64,000 bases of DNA, taken from assembly GCA_937873275.1 (NCBI GenBank), contig CALMRC010000087.1, forward strand, positions 8,816-72,815. Reading direction: 5' to 3'. The notes under the pieces are model-generated. The model saw only the letters and a list, made by a program, of their open reading frames with translations, was not told the origin of the DNA and made no database searches. Of this stretch, positions 9,030 to 16,984 are shown in pieces. A program made the translations under genes and the position numbers. This stretch comes from an uncultured Spirochaetota bacterium (GTDB lineage Bacteria > Spirochaetota > Spirochaetia > Treponematales > UBA12059). The first letter of the stretch is position 1, and the number at the start of each line of letters is the position of its first letter.

Positions 9030-9999
9030 ACCAGAAGGAGTCCTGGAAGGCCGTGAGGCCGAGTCCGCCGGAATCCGCGAAGGCCGCCAGGGAAAGCTGG
9101 ACGCGGCCCCCCACCAGCAGGCGGCCCAGGCGGGCGTCGACGCCCAGGTCCAGGCTGTACTGGAGGTCCGAGAGGATGGAGGCGTAGGCGGACGGCCAGT
9201 CCAGGAACACGTAGCCGACCTTGACGGCGGCCCAGGGAAGGAGGATCCCCAGGGGGCGGGCGTAGCCCAGACCCAGGTCGCCGGACAGGGCCGCGGCGCC
9301 GTAGTCCGCCACGGCGTCCAGGTACGTCAGGCTCCCCACCGCGCAGAGGCCTTTCCAGATTCCGACCATTCCGTACAGGTCGAAGCCGATGGATTCGTAG
9401 GTCCCCGTGCCGAGATCGTCGTCCAGCCGCTGCCCGCCCGTGCCGATCCCGCCGTAGATGCGGGTTCCCACGGCGGCCGCGTCGGCCGGCCGCGCGGTCG
9501 GCTTGGGCGCGGGTTTCCGGACCGAGGACGGGGCGGCCTTCCGGGGAACCCCCGCCAGCCCGTCCCCGGCTTCCCCGGCAAGTTCCAGGAGGATCGAGGC
9601 CCGCCCCTCCCCCTCCGCGGAAACCTGCCGGGCGATGATCCCCGTGTCCACCGCGATCATCTTGGCGGTCACCAGGTAGGTGCGGTCGATGCGCTGGACC
9701 CGGATGGCCACCACGAAATCGGCGCCCAGGTATTTCCCGGCCTCGGAGATCTCGGTATCGGATACAAGGCCGGAGAGCTGGAATTCCCGCTCCCGCAGGA
9801 CCTGTTCCACGTTGATCCGGTCGAGTACCACGAAGCGGCCGGACAGGACCAGGCGCCCGGTCAGCTTTTCCGCGACCGCGGCGGCCGCGGACCGGTCGAT
9901 CCCCTTCTGCAGGTCCGCGTCCAGGACGGCGACCTTGGGCTGGGCCGCCGCGGCGGCGGAGAGTAAGATCACGGCGAGGGATATCAGGGTTCTTCTCAT
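9007..9999 (-). CDS. secreted protein with an N-terminal CsgG/LpoB-like domain and a C-terminal beta-barrel-like region
   Basis: 330 aa. Signal peptide MRRTLISLAVILLSAAAAAQP. N-terminal half has a CsgG/LpoB-type pattern. Gly/aromatic-rich C-terminal half ends FWFMVGWKL. SD AGGAG. Confidence 0.6.
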   Translation of the reverse strand: MRRTLISLAVILLSAAAAAQPKVAVLDADLQKGIDRSAAAAVAEKLTGRLVLSGRFVVLDRINVEQVLREREFQLSGLVSDTEISEAGKYLGADFVVAIRVQRIDRTYLVTAKMIAVDTGIIARQVSAEGEGRASILLELAGEAGDGLAGVPRKAAPSSVRKPAPKPTARPADAAAVGTRIYGGIGTGGQRLDDDLGTGTYESIGFDLYGMVGIWKGLCAVGSLTYLDAVADYGAAALSGDLGLGYARPLGILLPWAAVKVGYVFLDWPSAYASILSDLQYSLDLGVDARLGRLLVGGRVQLSLAAFADSGGLGLTAFQDSFWFMVGWKL

Positions 10000-10059
10000 G
10001 CTCGGCTCCTGGATGGGCGTCCCCGGGACGGGCTACTCTACCCGGGACGGCCCGTCCGG

Positions 10060-10641
10060 TCAAGTTCGCCCGTTGTTCCGGCGCTTGTCCTCGTACATGG
10101 ACCGGTCCGCCCGGTCCACCAATTCCGGAAGGCTTTCGCAGGTCGCCGTGTCGAAGGAGGCGGTCCCGATGGACAGGTCGATCTTCCAGGGCTTCCCGGA
10201 CGAGGCGTTCCAGGTCCGCACCGCCTCCCGCACCCGGGTCATCAAGGCCTCGACGGATCCCGGCTTCGTGTTCGCCTGCAGGGCGATGAACTCGTCGCCT
10301 CCGATTCGGGCGAGGATATCCCCGGACCGGACGCAGCCGGACAGGATTCCCGCGGCGGCCCGTAGGGCATCGTCGCCCTCGGCGTGGCCGAACCGGTCGT
10401 TGATGCTCTTGAAGTCGTCCAGGTCGAAGTAGAGGATCGCGAAGGATCCGTTCCCCCGGCTCGCGACCTTGTGGTGCTGATCCGCGAGCTCGTCGAAGGC
10501 CCTCCGGTTCCGGATGCCCGTCAGGGGATCGATCCGCGAGGCCTGCTCGAGCTCGCGGTTGAGGCGCAGGAGCTCCCGCTTCGCGTTCACGAGCTCGTTG
10601 TTCATCCGGGAGAATTCCTCCAGCAGCTCCTCCTGGGTCAT
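10060..10641 (-). CDS. diguanylate cyclase: coiled coil plus GGDEF domain, no sensor domain
   Basis: 193 aa. GGDEF intact with an RxxD I-site (RSGD-ILARI-GGDEF). N-terminal heptad-rich helix. SD AAGGAG. Starts 6 nt after the upstream B12-domain gene. Confidence 0.9.
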   Translation of the reverse strand: MTQEELLEEFSRMNNELVNAKRELLRLNRELEQASRIDPLTGIRNRRAFDELADQHHKVASRGNGSFAILYFDLDDFKSINDRFGHAEGDDALRAAAGILSGCVRSGDILARIGGDEFIALQANTKPGSVEALMTRVREAVRTWNASSGKPWKIDLSIGTASFDTATCESLPELVDRADRSMYEDKRRNNGRT

Positions 10642-10647
10642 GCCCTT

Positions 10648-11724
10648 CTACTCCTTCGGCCCCGGGGTGCCCGTGACAAGACGGGTTCCGGCTTCCACGG
10701 CCTTCTCGCAGTCGGAGCCCGTGGCGTCGGCACCGATCTCCTTCCAGAGCCCTTCGGCGATCAGGAAGGGAAATCCACCCACCAGTACGGCGGGACGCCG
10801 GGGATCCCGGGATCGGAGCGCCTCGATGGACCGGGCTATCCAGCGGACGTTCTCCGGCAGGGTGGCGGACAGGGCGACCAGGTCGGGCCGCAGCCTCTCA
10901 ACCTCGGCGAGGAGGGAGTCGGCGGGCAGGTTCGCCCCGAAGTACCGGGAATCCCACCCCTCGGCCTGGAAAAAATCCGCCACCATCCGGATGCCGACCT
11001 CGTGCAGCTCCCCCTGGGCGCAGGCCGCCACCAGGACCCTTCCGTTCGTCCGGGACTGGGCGATAAGTCGGGGGTACAGCTCCGACATCAGGTATTGGGT
11101 GGCCGCCGTGGCGAAGTGCTCCTGGGCCACGGAGATCTCCCGCACGTGCCAGAGCCGTCCGACCTCCCGCTGGGCGGGCTGGAACAGATCCAGGTAGAGG
11201 GACCGGATCGACACGCCCCGGGAAAGCTCCGCGTCGACGACCATCCGGGCCCGATCGCGTTGACCGTCCACCAGGGACCGCACGTAGGCGTGCACCGCGG
11301 TCCCCGGCGGGGGACCACCCGACCCGTAGCCTTCCGCGTCGGGATCCATGCGGGCGTACAGTTCCGATGCCCGATCCGCCCGATCCCGGATCGCGCGGGC
11401 GTCCTCTTCCCCCAGAACCGCGGCGGCGGCCCGTCCCGCGCAGCGTAAGGAGTCCTCGACGAGGTCATCCGGTAGGCGCAGACCCCGGAACAGGACTTTC
11501 AGCCAGGATATATAATCCCGGAAGGCGGCCTCACCCCCCGGGAGACCGGACTGGGCGAGCCTTCGGACGTGGTGGGCCATGTCCTCCCGGGCCCGGAGAA
11601 GGCTTCGCCCGTCGTACCGGTCTTTGAGCTCCGGCCGCGACTCGAACAGGAGGTCCAGCGCGGTTCCGGCCGCTTCGTCCGGTCGTTCGATGAGATCTTC
11701 CAGCGTTCGAGCATTCCGGCCCAT
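10648..11724 (-). CDS. CarH-like cobalamin-binding (photoreceptor-type) protein without a DNA-binding domain
   Basis: 358 aa. Cap motif W-x9-EH (RLWHVREISVAQEH). ELHEVG-x41-SAT-x27-GG. No HTH. About 140 aa of unassigned helical N-terminus. Confidence 0.8.
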   Translation of the reverse strand: MGRNARTLEDLIERPDEAAGTALDLLFESRPELKDRYDGRSLLRAREDMAHHVRRLAQSGLPGGEAAFRDYISWLKVLFRGLRLPDDLVEDSLRCAGRAAAAVLGEEDARAIRDRADRASELYARMDPDAEGYGSGGPPPGTAVHAYVRSLVDGQRDRARMVVDAELSRGVSIRSLYLDLFQPAQREVGRLWHVREISVAQEHFATAATQYLMSELYPRLIAQSRTNGRVLVAACAQGELHEVGIRMVADFFQAEGWDSRYFGANLPADSLLAEVERLRPDLVALSATLPENVRWIARSIEALRSRDPRRPAVLVGGFPFLIAEGLWKEIGADATGSDCEKAVEAGTRLVTGTPGPKE

Positions 11725-11779
11725 CCCGGCCTCCCTGCCGGCGCGAATTGCCGGCGAAGGGCGATTCCCGCCCGGGGTA

Positions 11780-11807
11780 AGTATAGGCCGCCCGGCGGGT
11801 TTCGCAA
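11780..11807 (-). promoter_or_regulatory. putative promoter TTGCGA-16-TATACT for the B12-domain/GGDEF operon
   Basis: Read on the minus strand: -35 at 11807-11802, -10 at 11785-11780. About 50-nt leader to the ATG at 11724. Confidence 0.4.
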
Positions 11808-11829
11808 GCCGCTTCGTCCGGCTCGGGCT

Positions 11830-11859
11830 TTGACATTTTCGACCTTCCGGCCATACTTA
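11830..11859 (+). promoter_or_regulatory. putative promoter TTGACA-(16-18)-CATACT/TACTTA for the corrinoid-kinase operon
   Basis: -35 TTGACA at 11830-11835. The -10 register is ambiguous (11852-11859). Back-to-back with the minus-strand promoter. Confidence 0.35.
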
Positions 11860-11892
11860 CAGTATCATGGCACTCGGTCCCCGGGAGCGGGA

Positions 11893-12582
11893 ATGACGGA
11901 CTACGATCTGGACGGCCTCTTGTCGGACATCCTGGACGCCCGCCTGGACTCCGCCCTCGGCCGGCTTTCGGTGGCCGCCGCACGGGACGGCTATCCCCGT
12001 ATCATCCATGATTATCTGGAGCCGGTTCTCCAGCGCACGGGACGGATGTGGATGGAGGGTACCATTTCCCTGGCCCAGAGCTATATCGCGGGTAAGGTCG
12101 CCGAGCGGGTTCTCGAGGAGGCGTTGGAGGCGGGCAGGCCGGGACTCGGGGGACAGCCCCGGGGGATCGCGGTGCTCGGGAACATCGAAGACGACTTCCA
12201 CGCCCTGGGGAGGAGGATGGTGGCGTCCTTCCTTCGCCTGGACGGGTGGGAGATCCTGGACCTCGGGAACGATGTCGCCCCCGGACGGTTCGTCGAGGCC
12301 GCCCTCGACCATGACGCCCGGATCATCGGAGTTTCCGCCATGATGCTCTCCACGGCCCTGAACATCCGGGGGATCCGGGATGAGTTGGACCGTCGGAACC
12401 TGTCCGGAATCCTGCCCATGGCCGTGGGAGGCGCCGTGTTCAACCTCAGGCCCGGTCTCGTGGAGGAAGTCGGAGGGGACGGCACGGCCGCCAGCGCCAT
12501 GGACGCCCCGGCCCTGTTCCGTAGTCTCGTCGAAAGCCCGGACGCCCGTCCGGCCGGGGGGACAGAAGGGGGTCCGGTCTGA
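11893..12582 (+). CDS. methyltransferase-type corrinoid (B12-binding) protein
   Basis: In-frame ATG at 11893, 229 aa. B12 cap helix bundle (W-x9-SY, non-photoreceptor type). DDFHALG-x41-SAM-x28-GG. Confidence 0.8.
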   Translation: MTDYDLDGLLSDILDARLDSALGRLSVAAARDGYPRIIHDYLEPVLQRTGRMWMEGTISLAQSYIAGKVAERVLEEALEAGRPGLGGQPRGIAVLGNIEDDFHALGRRMVASFLRLDGWEILDLGNDVAPGRFVEAALDHDARIIGVSAMMLSTALNIRGIRDELDRRNLSGILPMAVGGAVFNLRPGLVEEVGGDGTAASAMDAPALFRSLVESPDARPAGGTEGGPV

Positions 12583-12596
12583 TCCCCGTAGAGCGG

Positions 12597-13595
12597 GTGG
12601 CCGCCCTGTTTTCAGGAGGTCCCTACGACCGGCCTCCCTACGGATTGGTCTGCTGCACTTTGGGGGCGACCTTGACGTCCGCGGCGGTGGAGGAGTACTA
12701 CGCGAATCCGGGTCTCTACGTCCGGGGACAGAGGGCCGTGTGCTCCTACCTGGATCCGGACATCGTCTTCACCCCCTTCGTCTTCGCCTTCGAGGCCGCC
12801 GCCTTCGGGGCGGAGCTCGCCCCCCAGAAAAACTCGGTTCCGAACGTCCGCAAGCCGCCGTTCCGGTCCGCCCGGGCCGCCCTGGAGCATCCCGATTCGG
12901 ACCCGGGATCCGACCCCTTCCTGAGATTCCTGACCGACTCTTCGGCCGATTGCGCCGAAGCCTTCCGCGGGGAACGGATCGTCGCGGCGCCCATCGTGGC
13001 TCCAACCGACCTCCCCGCCCTCCTCCTGGGGATCGAGGGTTGGATGGAAATACTCCTGTTCCGGCCGGAGGACGCGGAGGGGCTTTTTTCCAAGGCCCGG
13101 CGCCATTTCGCGGCCCTCGCGGAAGCCTATCGATCCGCGGGAGTGTCGATCCTCGTCATGCCGATGATGTTCGCGAATCCCCGGATCCTGGACGAGGAAT
13201 CCATCCGCCGCCTCGCCCTGCCCGTCCTGGAGGCGGCCCTCCGGGATTGCCCCTTGCCGGTGGTGCTTCACCACGGGGGAACCGCGTTCGCCGAACGGAT
13301 CGGCCTGTATACGGGGCTTCCGAACCTCGCGGGATTCGCCCTCGGAGCCCAGGACAGTTTCTCCCGTGCCCGGGACATCACGGGCCCGGATACGGTCCTG
13401 CTGGGAAATATTTCGGGACCCTGTTTCGACGTGTACACCCGGGACTCCCTCTCCTCCTCCCTGACGGCTCTCCTCGAGGACCGGCGGAACGACCGTCGAT
13501 GGATTTTCGCGAACGGGGGAGCGGAGCTCCCCGCGTGGACCCCCCCGGACCGGTTGACCCTGGTCCGGGACATCCTGCAAGGCCGTCTCCCGTGA
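12597..13595 (+). CDS. uroporphyrinogen decarboxylase (URO-D)/MtaA-like methyltransferase family protein
   Basis: 332 aa. URO-D/MT2-like sequence pattern. Expected Zn-ligand positions read LHHGG and ANGGAELP, with no Cys. Confidence 0.75.
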   Translation: MAALFSGGPYDRPPYGLVCCTLGATLTSAAVEEYYANPGLYVRGQRAVCSYLDPDIVFTPFVFAFEAAAFGAELAPQKNSVPNVRKPPFRSARAALEHPDSDPGSDPFLRFLTDSSADCAEAFRGERIVAAPIVAPTDLPALLLGIEGWMEILLFRPEDAEGLFSKARRHFAALAEAYRSAGVSILVMPMMFANPRILDEESIRRLALPVLEAALRDCPLPVVLHHGGTAFAERIGLYTGLPNLAGFALGAQDSFSRARDITGPDTVLLGNISGPCFDVYTRDSLSSSLTALLEDRRNDRRWIFANGGAELPAWTPPDRLTLVRDILQGRLP

Positions 13596-14245
13596 GCCTC
13601 TCCGGAAACCCGGGTACCCGGATCCGCGTTCTGTCCTGCGGCATCCTGAAAGCCGAACTCAACGCCCTGTCCCCTTCCATCCTTCGGCACCTGGAGATCG
13701 TGCTCCTCGATTCGATTCTCCACATGCGGCCCCAGGATCTGGAATCCGGTCTTCGCCGCCTGCTGGATTCCGAGCCCGTCGGTCCCGCGATCCTGGCATT
13801 CGGGGACTGCGCCCCGGGGATGCGGGAGATCTGCCAACGGCCCGGTCTCCTGCGCCTGCCCGGGATCAACTGCTGCGAGATCGTCCTGGGCCGGGAGCGG
13901 TTTCGGGAACTTCGCAGGCAGGGCACCTTCCTGTTCATGCCGGAATGGACGGTACGGTGGCGGGAAATCTTCGGATTGGAGCTGGGATTCCGGGACGCCG
14001 ACCTGGCCCGGGACTTCATGACGGAATCCATGGATTCCCTCGCCTACGTGGACACCGGGGTCGTTCCCATCCCTCGCTCCATCCTTCGGGAAATCGAGGA
14101 GCACTTCCGAATGCCCGTCCGCATCGAGGCCGCGGGGCTCGGGATCCTGGAGGCCACCCTCCGGGAGGCCCTTTCCAAGCTGGGCGTTCCGTTCACCACG
14201 GTATCCGGGGACCCCTCCGCTCCGGGAGAGGAATCACCCGCATGA
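13592..14245 (+). CDS. DUF1638 domain protein
   Basis: GTG at 13592 in a GTGA overlap, 217 aa. DUF1638-like pattern (IRVLSCGILKAEL...AFGDCAPG...INCCEIVLG...FLFMPEW). Confidence 0.65.
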   Translation: MSLSGNPGTRIRVLSCGILKAELNALSPSILRHLEIVLLDSILHMRPQDLESGLRRLLDSEPVGPAILAFGDCAPGMREICQRPGLLRLPGINCCEIVLGRERFRELRRQGTFLFMPEWTVRWREIFGLELGFRDADLARDFMTESMDSLAYVDTGVVPIPRSILREIEEHFRMPVRIEAAGLGILEATLREALSKLGVPFTTVSGDPSAPGEESPA

Positions 14246-15462
14246 ACGGCTCCGAGAAGAGCGCCCTGTCCATCCTTCTGGCCGACCTCCTGGAGGAAAT
14301 CCTGAGCCGGGCGGACAACCCCGGAGAGTGCGCGTCCCACCTGGCGGGGCGGATCCGGGAGATCATCGGAGTCAAGACGGTACTGGTGTTCCTGGGCTCC
14401 GAGTTCAGCCGCACCCGGGCCCACGAACTGGTGTCGGCGGTTCCGGCCCGGCGGAAAGACTTCGCCTCGGAACCGGGCTTGCTCCGACTCCTGGATACGA
14501 TGTACGAACTGGATTCATCGCGGTTCCTGGATCCCGACGAAGAGTGCGCCGAACCTCTGCCGACAGCCCTCGGGGCGGCGCTCCGGGAAGCCGGGTTCGG
14601 TCCCAGTATCCTCGTTCCCCTGCGGTACGCGGAAAAGAGGATGGGCGCCCTCCTGCTTCTGGATATCCTGGACCGGAGCGGTCTGGAGAATCTCCTCGCG
14701 ACCCTTGACCGCCTGTCCGGCGTGCTGGCCCTGGTCCTCCGGAATTCCTTCATGTACCTGAATCTGGAGGACGCGGTCCGTCACCGCACCGCGGACCTCC
14801 TGGCGGAGCGGGAACAACTGAGGACGGCCCTGGAGGAGAAAAACGTCCTGCTCCAGGAGATCCACCACCGGGTCAAGAACAACCTGCAGATCATCGAGAG
14901 CCTCCTCTACCTCCAGGGACAGCGGACCGGCGAAGCCGAGGCGGCTTCGGCCCTGCGGACGGCCCGGGGACGCATCACCTCCATGGCCCTCGTCCACGAG
15001 GAGCTGTACTCCTCGGACGACCTTTCCTCGGTGGACCTCGGACGGTACGTCCCGCGCCTGGCCCGCGCGATTCTCGCCAGCCACGGTTGCCCCGCCGCCG
15101 CGACCTTTTCCTTGGCCCCCCTGCCGGTAAGTCTGAATGCCGGAATCCACCTAGGCCTGATCCTGAACGAACTGGTCACGAACGCCGTAAAGTACGCCCT
15201 CCGGGACCGGTCCGACGGCCGGCTGGAAATCCGCATCGAGGCGGAGGGCGGGGAATGCCGCATTGAACTGCGGGATGACGGACCCGGCTTCCCTCCGGAT
15301 CTCCCTTCCGAGGGCCGGGAGAGACTGGGGATGTCCATCGTACGGAGCCTGGCGGAGCAGTTCGGGGGGACGGTCCGATGGTTCGGGGGGATCGGCCGGG
15401 AGGACGGGGCGCCGGGGATGACCGTGGAGGTTCGTCTTTCCCGGGAGGCGCTGGAGCGATGA
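14242..15462 (+). CDS. GAF domain-containing HisKA_2-type sensor histidine kinase
   Basis: ATG at 14242 in an ATGA overlap, 406 aa. H-box EIHHRVKNNLQIIESLL. HATPase N/G boxes (NELVTNAVKY, DDGPGFP). No TM segment. Confidence 0.85.
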   Translation: MNGSEKSALSILLADLLEEILSRADNPGECASHLAGRIREIIGVKTVLVFLGSEFSRTRAHELVSAVPARRKDFASEPGLLRLLDTMYELDSSRFLDPDEECAEPLPTALGAALREAGFGPSILVPLRYAEKRMGALLLLDILDRSGLENLLATLDRLSGVLALVLRNSFMYLNLEDAVRHRTADLLAEREQLRTALEEKNVLLQEIHHRVKNNLQIIESLLYLQGQRTGEAEAASALRTARGRITSMALVHEELYSSDDLSSVDLGRYVPRLARAILASHGCPAAATFSLAPLPVSLNAGIHLGLILNELVTNAVKYALRDRSDGRLEIRIEAEGGECRIELRDDGPGFPPDLPSEGRERLGMSIVRSLAEQFGGTVRWFGGIGREDGAPGMTVEVRLSREALER

Positions 15463-15854
15463 GGATCATAATAGCCGAGGACGAACGTCTCATCGCCATG
15501 GCCCTGGAAGTCGTCCTGCGGGATCTGGGCCACGAGGTGCAGGCGGTCTGTCCCTCCGGAACTTCCTGCGTACAGAAGACCCGGGAGCTCCGGCCGGACC
15601 TGGTCTTCCTGGACATCTGCATGGAAACCCGGACCGCGGGCATCGACGCCGCCCGGGAGATCCGTACCTTCGCGGACGCGGCCGTGATATACACCACCGC
15701 CTACGACGACCCCCAGACGAAGTCCGCCGCGGCCGAAACCGCGCCGGCCGCCTTCCTCGTGAAACCCCTACGCCCGGAGGACATCGAAACCGCCCTGCGA
15801 TCCCTGGGAACCGAAGCTTCGGACCCGGGGGACGCCGGGACGCGGCCTCGTTAG
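15459..15854 (+). CDS. stand-alone receiver-domain response regulator
   Basis: ATG at 15459 in an ATGA overlap, 131 aa. DERL...DLVFLDICM...VKP receiver pattern, no output domain. Confidence 0.85.
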   Translation: MRIIIAEDERLIAMALEVVLRDLGHEVQAVCPSGTSCVQKTRELRPDLVFLDICMETRTAGIDAAREIRTFADAAVIYTTAYDDPQTKSAAAETAPAAFLVKPLRPEDIETALRSLGTEASDPGDAGTRPR

Positions 15855-16963
15855 GAAAGCCCGACCCAGGTTCCCGACCGGCCGCTTTCCACCAAGGCCT
15901 CCACGGTCCGCACGATGTCGTGGCCGGCCCGGAAATCCGCGTACAGGGGTTCGGCATCGTAGAGGACGGATCGGTAGAAACTGTCGAGCATGTTTTGCTG
16001 GGCATCCGGCCATCGCTCGGCCTTGCCGGTGAAAGGATGCACGGACCGCCCCCGGGAGTTCAGCAGGGAGGGATGCAGGACGAAGTCCTCGTTCGGTCCG
16101 TCCCGCCGGCCGATCCAGAGGCGGTCCGGGGTGTCCTGGCACCACCGGGCGGAGGCCCGGCTTCCGTCCACCTGGATCGACAGGCCGATCTTCCGCCCCG
16201 GGCTGACCTGGGACACCGCGAAGACGCCGCGGACTCCCCCCTCGAACCGCAGGAGCGCGGCCCCGTAGTCCTCGGTGTCCACGGGAACCCGCCGCCCCCC
16301 TCCACCGCCTTCCGGGCCGGGTTCGACCCGGTAGGGTAGAAAGGTGGCCAGGTCCGCGCAGGCTTCCCGTACCTTCCGGCCCGTCAGGAAGACCGCCAGG
16401 TCGAGCCAATGGGAACCGATGTCGGCCAGGGCCCGGGAGGGTCCCCCGATCTCGGCCCGCACTCGCCAGTCGAAATCCGTTTCATAGAGGAGCCAGTCCT
16501 GGAGGTATTCCCCGTGGACCGCGCGGACGTCCCCCAGCGCTCCCTCCTCGATCATGCCCCGGAGCTGCTGAACCGCCGCGTAGTGGCGGTACACGAAGTT
16601 CACCCCCGTGCGGAGTCCCGATCGGTCCGCCGCCGCGACCAACTCCGAGGACTCGCCGGAATCCACGGTGAGGGGCTTCTCGGAGAGCACGTGCTTTCCC
16701 GCCGCCAGGGCGTCCCGGTTGACGGGGAAGTGCTCCCGGTTCGGAGTGCAGTCGTGGATCACGTCGAGGTCGGGATCCGCCAGGAGGTCCCGGTAATCGG
16801 TATAGAGGCGGGGAATCCCGTAGAACTCGCACAGCCCCCTCGCCCGTCCCTCGTCCCGGACGGCGACGGCGGCCACATCCGCGTAACCGAGACGGCGCGC
16901 CGCCTCCAGGTGGGCGAGCCCGATTCGGCCGACTCCCACGATCCCGACCCGTATCCGTCCCAT
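15851..16963 (-). CDS. Gfo/Idh/MocA family oxidoreductase
   Basis: 370 aa. N-terminal Rossmann motif MGRIRVGIVGVGRIG. Family-typical EKP motif (SEKPLT). Confidence 0.9.
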   Translation of the reverse strand: MGRIRVGIVGVGRIGLAHLEAARRLGYADVAAVAVRDEGRARGLCEFYGIPRLYTDYRDLLADPDLDVIHDCTPNREHFPVNRDALAAGKHVLSEKPLTVDSGESSELVAAADRSGLRTGVNFVYRHYAAVQQLRGMIEEGALGDVRAVHGEYLQDWLLYETDFDWRVRAEIGGPSRALADIGSHWLDLAVFLTGRKVREACADLATFLPYRVEPGPEGGGGGRRVPVDTEDYGAALLRFEGGVRGVFAVSQVSPGRKIGLSIQVDGSRASARWCQDTPDRLWIGRRDGPNEDFVLHPSLLNSRGRSVHPFTGKAERWPDAQQNMLDSFYRSVLYDAEPLYADFRAGHDIVRTVEALVESGRSGTWVGLS

Positions 16964-16984
16964 CGTCCCTCCATCGGCCGGCGT

